The notes under the pieces: generated by a model | What the model was told of the DNA's origin: nothing | Database searches by the model: none | What the model saw: only the letters and a program-made list of their open reading frames with translations | Made by a program: the position numbers and the translations under genes | Shown: positions 1-9,000 of the stretch, piece by piece | How the letters are laid out: every line of letters starts with the position of its first letter | Numbering within the stretch: the first letter of the stretch is position 1 | Assembly: GCA_002269645.1 (NCBI GenBank) | Contig: NIVC01002477.1 | Span: 19,875-83,874 of the forward strand | DNA length: 64,000 nt | Direction: 5' to 3' | Source: Macrostomum lignano | Lineage: Eukaryota

Positions 1-132
1 CAGAGGACAGAGGACAGAGGACAGAGGACAGAGGACAGAGGACAGAGGACAGAGGACAGAGGACAGAGGACAGAGGACAGAAGACAGAAGACAGAAGACA
101 GAGGACAGAGGACAGAGGACAGAGGACAGAGG
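1..132. repeat. 7-bp tandem repeat (CAGAGGA)n, runs off the window start
   Basis: Direct reading, with a few CAGAAGA variants. Confidence 0.95.
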
Positions 133-787
133 TTGAACACAAAGTTTCTCAGAATGAGTTAAAATTTCAATCTTGAATTCCTTCTGTTAAATATGAGCTC
201 AGTAAATTCAAACATCATTATAAATCACTAGAATAGAAAGAGAATATCCAGGACACGCTCCATCAACCGGTTCCCTTATCCCAGTCGCCAGCCAAGTGCC
301 ACCTGCAAGAATCGATCAACCGCGTCCTGAGCTCAGAAATCAACGGTTTTGAAGTCTCTGCTGTGAACTATATGAAAGCAACTTTGATGGCATTTTGAAA
401 TTTTTGATGCAGTCTTACCTAGCTACACAGTCAGTGCAACAGTCTGAAATTGAGATAAGAATTGTATATACTATGGAGAGGATGAACTGTGGAATACAGA
501 CTCTTACACATCCTTAACAGATAAAGCTATTTATTGTGGGACTTGCATGGACGGTGCGGTGCGTGCGTGCGGTTCAATGTTTAATCATGCGCATAGGGGG
601 GTGCTCTTTCTGTTTTAATAGCGCTGCCCACGTGCGCCAATCAGTTCGGCCCCGTGTGCCAGGCTCGCGAGAGTCTCGGTGAGAATTCTGTAAAGATCTT
701 ATAGTCCTGATTCTCCTTCAGGCTGCGCCCCTCACCCCATCCCTCAAGGTTTACGCAGGTAACCAAGCCTGCGTGTTGGCAGGAGGA

Positions 788-2080
788 GCTCAACTTATGC
801 TTGAGATTGGCGCCCAACAAGAGACAGTGAGAGAGTGGCGCCCAACAAGAGACAGTGAGAGAGTGGCGCCCAACAAGAGACAGTGAGAGAGTGGCGCCCA
901 ACAAGAGACAGTGAGACAGTGGCGCCCAACAAGAGACAGTGAGACAGTGGCGCCCAACAAGAGACAGTGAGACAGTGGCGCCCAACAAGAGACAGTGAGA
1001 GAGTGGCGCCCAACAAGAGACAGTGAGAGAGTGGCGCCCAACAAGAGACAGTGAGAGAGTGGCGCCCAACAAAAGACAGTGAGAGAGTGGCGCCCAACAA
1101 GAGACAGTGAGAGAGTGGCGCCCAACAAGAGACAGTGAGAGAGTGGCGCCCAACAAGAGACAGTGAGACAGTGGCGCCCAACAAGAGACAGGGAGAGAGT
1201 GGCGCCCAACAAGAGACAGTGAGAGAGTGGCGCCCAACAAGAGACAGTGAGAGAGTGGCGCCCAACAAGAGACAGTGAGAGAGTGGCGCCCAACAAGAGA
1301 CAGTGAGAGAGTGGCGCCCAACAAGAGACAGTGAGAGAGTGGCGCCCAACAGCAACAAGAGACAGTGAGACAGTGGCGCCCAACAAGAGACAGTGAGAGA
1401 GTGGCGCCCAACAAAAGACAGGTGAGAAAGTGGCGCCCAACAAGAGACAGTGAGACAGTGGCGCCCAACAAAAGACAGTGAGAGAGTGGCGCCCAACAAG
1501 AGACAGTGAGAGAGTGGCGCCCAACAAGAGACAGTGAGAGAGTGGCGCCCAACAGCAACAAGAGACAGTGAGACAGTGGCGCCCAACAAGAGACAGGGAG
1601 AGAGTGGCGCCCAACAAGAGACAGGTGAGAGAGTGGCGCCCAACAAGAGACAGTGAGAGAGTGGCACCCAACAAGAGACAGGGAGAGAGTGGCGACCAAC
1701 AGCAACAAGAGACAGTGAGACAGTGGCGCCCAACAAGAGACAGGTGAGAGAGTGGCGCCCAACAAGAGACAGTGAGAGAGTGGCGCCCAACAAGAGACAG
1801 TGAGAGAGTGGCGCCCAACAAGAGACAGTGAGAGAGTGGCGCCCAACAAGAGACAGTGAGAGAGTGGCGCCCAACAAGAGACAGTGAGAGAGTGGCGACC
1901 AACAGCAACAAGAGACAGTGAGACAGTGGCGCCCAACAAGAGACAGTGAGAGAGTGGCGCCCAACAAGAGACAGGTGAGACAGTGGCGCCCAACAAGAGA
2001 CAGGGAGAGAGTGGCGCCCAACAAGAGACAGGTGAGAGAGTGGCGCCCAACAAGAGACAGGTGAGACAGTGGCGCCTAAC
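788..2080. repeat. About 29-bp minisatellite (TGGCGCCCAACAAGAGACAGTGAGAGAG) with recurring variant units
   Basis: More than 40 head-to-tail units. The long ORFs 641-2082 in three minus frames are translations of this repeat. Confidence 0.95.
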
Positions 2081-2081
2081 A

Positions 2082-2220
2082 AGAGGGGGTCAGGACCCAG
2101 AAGAGGGGGTCAGGACCCAGAAGAGGGGGGCAGGACCCAGAAGAGGGGGTCAGGACCCAAAAGAGGGGGGCAGGACCCAGAAGAGGGGGTCAGGACCCAG
2201 AAGAGGGGGCAGGATCCTGA
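2082..2220. repeat. 19-20-bp minisatellite (AGAGGGGGTCAGGACCCAGA)
   Basis: About 7 tandem units directly abutting the preceding array. Confidence 0.9.
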
Positions 2221-2637
2221 GGAATGCGTTGCTGAGCTGTATAAATTTTGAGCTTTTAAAGGTATTTATTTAGCATTTCTGACTGTGGTACTTCCAGTAG
2301 TAAATAGGCACACCTAAATTTGTGTGATCGTTTCCAATTTCCCTATAGGTCCATATACTATACGTAAAGATCTTTAAACTTTCAGCTGATAGTAAGAAAA
2401 GAAATAACTTTTCAAATAAAGACAAGGATTATAAATTTCTACGCAGAATAAGTAAATTGCCAGTGCATTATCAACCGGCAGTGCTTCGCCCATAGAACAC
2501 GGAGAAGGACTCAGAAAGTACTTAGATTCTATAGCGCTGCATACAGCCTATTCATACTCAAAAGACTCTCGACAAAATAGTAATTAAATATAGCTGATCA
2601 GCAGAAACATCCTAAACTCGTTCAGCTTAAGTAACAT

Positions 2638-3966
2638 ATGCACGAGGATTCGAACATGGCTAGCAACTATCAGAAGCTCGAACACGTGCGGGCTCGCTAC
2701 TCCAGGCTTCAGCACCAGCGCCAGCACGTCGAGGAGCAGCAAACGCATGCTCAGCAGCAGAAGCAGCAAAAACAGCAGCAGCAGCAGCAACAACAGCAAC
2801 AACAACAACAACAACAACAACAACAAAATCAGCAGCAACACCAGCAACTCAGTCGCAGTCGCGATCGCCGGTACCTTCTGCCTCCGCCACCGATCCGCAA
2901 TCCTCTACTGGCTTCTCAGGACGTTGATCATTCTTTGCGACGCTTGCAAAGGCAGCAGCACCAGTTCCAAGGCGCACATCTGCAGCAGAAGGAGCCGCAG
3001 CAGCCTCAGAATGAAGCTCAGCAGCCTGAGAGAGAACCTCAGCAGCCTCAAAAGGCAGCTCAGCAGCCTCAGACTCAGAAAGAGCCGCAGCAGCCCCAGA
3101 GTTCAGAGATGTTGCAGCGGTTTCTCGCCAGTCTCCCGTCGACGCCGCCGCCGCCTCTCAGACGGTCGCGCTCGCCGGCGCCCTGGTCGCAACGCCATCT
3201 CGCAACAAAGCTCGTCTCGCTGTCGCGGGCATCCCTCCTGGCTTTCCCTCCGACCACCAACACGGAGGCGGCGGCGCCCCCAGCCGACCAGGCCGCCTCA
3301 CCCGACGTGGCGACGGATGCCGAGGCCAACTCGAGCAGCCTTGTGAGCTCCTCGTTCGACGCCGTGACCACGCTCGACGAGCCGACCGCGACCCGGCTAA
3401 CGCCAGCTCCGCCTCCTGACCCGTCGCCGTCGCCTCGGCAGCACCGCCAGCAGCAGCCGTCGCTACGCCGGTCTCGTCACACCGCGCGGATTCGCAGCTC
3501 CTCGCTGGAGATCCGCTCGATGCCGAGCTCGCCGTGGCGGGAGCAGCAGCGCCAGCCGCAGCTCAGAGACAACCTCACAGCGCCGCCGGTGCCGAAGCCG
3601 AGGTCGCGAAACCACGCAGCCGACGGGCCGAGTCATCGCGGCCGGTCCAACTCGAACAGCCGGCAGCCGGTCGAGCAGCAGACTCCAGTCTGCCAGGTGT
3701 TCCGCGTGACAGACGCGTCTGACGTTTTCAGCTCTCTCGTGACCAGGGAGGATCGCCGGCTGTTGAAAGTCCTCAGCCACTTCAGCTGCCAGGCCGAGGT
3801 TCTGGAGACGCTGAAGCTGCCTCGGCGGTGTCGCGGGGCAATCGTCAGCATCAGCGGGCCAGACTGGCGGCGGCTGAGCTGGTGCGTTGACAGACTTCAG
3901 AGCCTCTTTCCCGAGTGGGAGCTCAAGTTTCAAATGCGCAGCTGCTGCAGAACCCGGCTTTGTTGA
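2638..3966 (+). CDS. PolyQ/Pro-Ser-Arg-rich protein with a C-terminal degenerate KH-like domain (copy A, 442 aa)
   Basis: Uninterrupted GC-rich ORF between AT-rich flanks, with a near-identical second copy at 55947-57266. The last about 85 aa show a KH-like pattern (VFRV..FSSLVTRED..LLKVLSHFSCQAEV..AIVSISGPDWRRLSWCVDRLQSLF). Confidence 0.7.
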   Translation: MHEDSNMASNYQKLEHVRARYSRLQHQRQHVEEQQTHAQQQKQQKQQQQQQQQQQQQQQQQQQNQQQHQQLSRSRDRRYLLPPPPIRNPLLASQDVDHSLRRLQRQQHQFQGAHLQQKEPQQPQNEAQQPEREPQQPQKAAQQPQTQKEPQQPQSSEMLQRFLASLPSTPPPPLRRSRSPAPWSQRHLATKLVSLSRASLLAFPPTTNTEAAAPPADQAASPDVATDAEANSSSLVSSSFDAVTTLDEPTATRLTPAPPPDPSPSPRQHRQQQPSLRRSRHTARIRSSSLEIRSMPSSPWREQQRQPQLRDNLTAPPVPKPRSRNHAADGPSHRGRSNSNSRQPVEQQTPVCQVFRVTDASDVFSSLVTREDRRLLKVLSHFSCQAEVLETLKLPRRCRGAIVSISGPDWRRLSWCVDRLQSLFPEWELKFQMRSCCRTRLC

Positions 3967-4886
3967 AATGATCAGCTGGTTGGGATTTCAGTGATGCATC
4001 AGAGCACATCTGAGCAGGCCCCAAGCCCATCAGGCGCTGCAGACTCGCACCTTTCATTGTACACCGCAGGACAGATCGAGACACGCGGGTTTCCAGTGAA
4101 CTTTAATTCCGATCAAATAAGATTGCGTCAGTCAATCTTAATCTTAACTGTTTAATTGGTTGTTACTTTTCGCATTAACTAAGGCAAGTGCCGCTAGCTA
4201 ATATTTTATGCAGCTTGTTATTCAGTTGTGATAGGTAGCAAAAAGGGAATTGTACAATTTTAGAATCTCAAGTTATTCAGCTTTCTGTTGCGCAGATGTA
4301 GACACACTACTGCCAAGTAGTAAAGAATTGTTTTAATAATTGTTTTGTCAGCAAGAGGTTCGTTTGCGATGCCTAGAAGCCAGTGTATTATGATGTGCTG
4401 TGTTTTTGGTTTCCTGTCATTTGCGCAATTAACTGTATAGATATTAATAGGATGAGCTGTAGTTTCTATTGATGACAGACAGTCAAATGACAGTCAAAGG
4501 ACTCGCTGTACACCCCGTGCCAGCGTGTGTACGAGTTGCGTGTCTGTGTACAGTATTTTGGCGCGCTTGTGTCTGCAACTGGGATTTAGTAACTGAGACT
4601 ATATGATGAAGATCATCCAAAAAATGGAAATCTCCATGAAGAAAAGTGGCCTGCTAGGCTAAAGAGAGCACACTGAAAAAAGACGAAAGGTAGTAGATAA
4701 GGTACCGCGGGATGATTTCCGGGATTCCGGGATTCTTGCTGCGCGCCAGCTGAGATTGAATTTGGGAATAGATCAGACAGAAGAGGAAAGAGGAGATGAG
4801 AGATAAGATGAGAGATGAGAAGAGAGGAGAGGAGATGAGAGGAGACGGGGAGAGGAGAGAAAAGAGAGAAGAGAAGAGAGGCTTCA

Positions 4887-4927
4887 GGGCCGCATGTAGC
4901 CCTCGGGCCGGAGTTCGCCGACCCCTG
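4887..4927 (-). mobile_element. Isolated hAT/Charlie-like terminal remnant
   Basis: Reverse complement reads CAGGGGTCGGCGAACTCCGGCCCGAGGGCTACATGCGGCCC, which resembles typical hAT MITE ends. No partner end found nearby. Confidence 0.45.
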
Positions 4928-5203
4928 TGACGTAAAGGATCTTTGTTCTCGCAGTCCTCATTGTTTTGTAGGCCATAGAGTTTATGGTCTGCTAATCTAA
5001 ATTTTGACAGGTGCTGCGCTTAAATTCTGGACTGGAACTTTCCGGAACAAACTTTTCGGTCTCCAGTTGTCTTGTAAATTTCAGTTTAAGACTAGCTTTA
5101 TGTGTTCTTTGATTGCTTTCGCAACGCCAAAACCTCACTATAAACTGGGTCCCATGATGTCTCGTGATGATGGAGTCTGGAGACAATCATGTATTGGCAT
5201 GAT

Positions 5204-5436
5204 TGCAGCCTAGTGGTCAGAGCGTCGGACTCACGACTTGAAGGTCGGGGGTTCGATTCTTGACTCACTCGGAACAATTTGTGTCCTTGAGCAAGACCCT
5301 TAACTCTGCATTGCTTCAGTTCACCCAGCTGTAAAATGGGTGCCAGCATTAGCTGGGGTAATTGAGGGTGTGTGGCGACCCCCCAGTCGATACTTGGACT
5401 GAACAGCCGTACGCAGCAGGTGTAATCAATTATTAT
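5204..5436 (+). mobile_element. tRNA-derived SINE with CORE-like central domain
   Basis: A-box-like AGCCTAGTGG and B-box GGTTCGATTC; CORE-like GTCCTTGAGCAAGACCCTAACTC..CAG..CTGTAAAATGGG; (ATT)n tail; 12-bp direct repeat TATTGGCATGAT at 5192-5203 and 5437-5448 (TSD). Confidence 0.85.
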
Positions 5437-6062
5437 TATTGGCATGATGAAATAGAAGCATCAGAAATAGTTTGACATCAGCAAATAAACTTCGACAGCA
5501 GTAACCATACCAACAGAAGTGAATGAAAAGAACACGATTTTCACTACAATATTTTTCAACAAATTTAAAAAACGCGATATAAAATCTTTTTCGATTTCGA
5601 TACCGGCTTTATTATATAATGAAACAATAGCAATTTAAATCTAATTTAATATCCGAGCAAAGGCCAATGCAGATCACAGCTGCCTTAGGCTTTCATAGAT
5701 ACAAACGGAGGACTTCAGAACTGGAATATTTTCAAATTGGAAGATGATTAACAAACCAATCAGCAATCTACGATAACATTTGTTAGAACGCTACTAACAG
5801 TAAGCTGTTGGAATATTCGCGGATAATTTTAGTTTTCAATAAGTCAACATAATAAAAATCAACTACAAATAATAAATAAACAATTCATAATCTCTAATAG
5901 GAATGCCTTATTGAGAAATGTGACCTGCACAAATATGTATGTGAACTGTAACTAAATAGCTGATCACAGATATTCTTGACAATACACATTACCGCACATT
6001 GTCTGAGCTGTTAAAAAGAAGCAATCCTTATGCTTGGAAGCTTCTGAATGATGCGGACTCTG

Positions 6063-9000
6063 CTACTGCTGGCTCGTGCCCCGCTTGTCATCTGAAATTT
6101 ATTTAGCAAACCAATTCATTTTTCAGATATCAAACCATCATTACAGAATGATAGCTAATAGGAATCTGCACATTATCCACCCAAATCTGCACATTACCCA
6201 ACACAATCTGCACATTACCCAGCACAATCTGCACGTTACCCAATCCATTCTGCACATTACCCAACACAATCTGCACATTACCCACCGCAATCTGCACATT
6301 ACCCACCCAATCTGCACATTATCCACCCCAATCTGCACATTACCCACCCAATCTGCACATCACCCAGCACAATCTGCACATTACCCAATCCATTCTGCAC
6401 ATTACCCAACACAATCTGCACATTAACCACCGCAATCTGCACATTACCCACTCCATTCTGCACATTACCCACCGCAATCTGCACATTACCCACCGCAATC
6501 TGCACATTACCCAATCCATTCTGCACATTACCCAACACAATCTGCACACTACCCAACACAATCTGCACATTACCCACCGCAATCTGCACATTACCAACCA
6601 CAATCTGCACATTAACCACCATAATCTGCACATTACCCCGTCGCTCACCCAAGCCGCGCAGCAGCCTCCGGCTAGTCGGGCTCAACGCGCGATCGGCTTC
6701 GCAGCCACCTGCGGTGCCCCGCCTCCTCCCTTGCAGTCGGTTGTCGCCGGCTTTGCCTTTGATCTGGCCGTCGGCATCGGCGTCGCCGTTACCTTCCCCG
6801 GCGCTATCGCCGACTTCGTCGTCGCCAACGGCCTCCTTGTCAGCCGGCCGGCGGCCCAGCAGGCTCTGGATGTCGGCCAGGGCGGCGCGGATGTCGTCGG
6901 CGCCGGCGCCGCCGTTGGATTTGCCTTCGTCGACAGGTGGCGGCTTTCGGCGAGGCTGCGGCGGCGCCTGCGGCTGTTGCTGGGGCAGCTGCTGGCGAAG
7001 CACCTGCTGGCAAGCCGCCAGCTGCGCACGGAGTCGGCGATTCGCAGCCTCGGCCTGCGTCGGTTTTTTTGAATATTTTAAACAAAGAATCCTCAGATCC
7101 CAATCTAGATCCTCAGATCCCAATCTATAATCCTCAGATCCGAATCTAAAATCCTCAGATCATAATCTAAAATCCTCAGATCCCAATCTAAAATCCTCAG
7201 ATCCCAATCTATAATCCTCAGATCCGAATCTAAAATCCTCAGATCATAATCTAAAATCCTCAGATCCCAATCTAAATTCCTCAGATCCGAATCTAAAATC
7301 CTCCGATCAGAATCTAAAATCCTCAGATCCCAATCTAAATCCTCCGATCAGAATCTAAAATCCTCAGATCCCAATCTAAAATCCTCAGATCCCAATCTAA
7401 ATCCTCCGATCAGAATCTAAAATCCTCAGATCCCAACTTCAAATCCCTGATCAAATGGGATTTGATTTGAGGTTGGGATCATGGAATTTGAGATTGGGAT
7501 CAAATGGGATTTGATTTTAAATCAAATGGGATTTGATTTCAAACTTCAAATCCCCTAATCTAAATCTTAAATCCCATGATTCCAATCTTAAATTTTTAGA
7601 TCCCTATTTCAAATCCTTAGATCCCAATCTAAAATCCCCAGATTTTGCACCTGTCGAGCCGAGTTCGTGGCCTCCTTGCACTGCCTCGCCCAGGTGTCCA
7701 GCTCGGCCACCAGCCTCTCGTTGTCAGCCTCCAGAGCCATCAGCCGGCGCTCCTGCAGCTGTTGCTGCCGGCGTTGCTGCTTTTTGGCCGCGGCAGAGGC
7801 GGCCGAGGCGGACGGGGCTGCCTGGTGACGGCGGGCAGCTGCTGCCGTGGCCTCCTCCGCCTCCTCCTTTGCTTTGAGCGCGTCCCTGGATGGGGAGGAC
7901 AATTAGCGACGGGTTTGTGCGGGAGTTCAAACTGGGATTCGAGGTTGGGATCATAGGATTTGAGATTGGGATCATAGGATTTGAGATTGGGATCATAGGA
8001 TTTGAGATTGGGATCATAGGATTTGAGATTGGGATCATAGGATTGGAGATTGGGATCATAAGATTTGAGGTTGGGACCATAGGATTTGAGATTGGGATCA
8101 TATGATTTGAGATTGGGATCATATGATTTGAGATTGGGATCATAGGATTTGAGATTGGGATCATAGGATTTGAGATTGGGATCATAGGATTTGAGATTGG
8201 GATCATAGGATTTGAGATTGGGATCATAGGATTTGAGATTGGGATCATAGGATTTGAGGTTGGGACCATAGGATTTGAGATTGGGATCATAAGATTTGAG
8301 GTTGGGATCATAGGATTTGAGATTGGGATCATATGATTTGAGATTGGGATCATATGATTTGAGATTGGGATCATAGGATTTGAGATTGGGATCATAGGAT
8401 TTGAGATTGGGATCATAGGATTTGAGATTGGGATCATAGGATTTGAGATTGGGATCATAGGATTTGAGATTGGGATCATAGGATTGGAGATTGGGATCAT
8501 AAGATTTGAGGTTGGGACCATAGGATTTGAGATTGGGATCATATGATTTGAGATTGGGATCATATGATTTGAGATTGGGATCATAGGATTTGAGATTGGG
8601 ATCATAGGATTTGAGATTGGGATCATAGGATTTGAGATTGGGATCATAGGATTTGAGATTGGGATCATAGGATTTGAGATTGGGATCATAGGATTTGAGA
8701 TTGGGATCATAGGATTTGAGATTGGGATCATAGGATTTGAGATTGGGATCATATGATTTGAGATTGGGATCATAGGATTTGAGATTGGGATCATAGGATT
8801 TAAGAAAGGGATCATGGGACTTGAGATTGGGATCATATGATTTGAGATTGGGATCATAGGATTTGAGATTGGGATCATAGGATTTAAGAAAGGGATCATG
8901 GGACTTGAGATTGGGATCCAATGGGATTTGATACTGCGATAATGGGATTCGAGGTTGGGATCATGGTATTCGAGGTTGGGATCATGGGATTTGAGATAGG

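Noticed and set aside
788-2080. CRISPR-like array
   Set aside because: Units are contiguous with no unique spacers, there are no cas genes, and the context is eukaryotic. The same applies to all other arrays here.
641-2082. Three 400+ aa ORFs on the minus strand
   Set aside because: Translations of a 29-bp minisatellite that lacks stops in any frame; no non-repetitive coding content.
2747-3933. Alternative-frame and antisense ORFs overlapping the polyQ gene (also 55971-57388)
   Set aside because: Expected shadows of GC-rich, low-complexity coding sequence.
5204-5275. tRNA gene
   Set aside because: No convincing acceptor stem; it is followed by a CORE-like domain, a tail and a TSD, so it is a SINE head.
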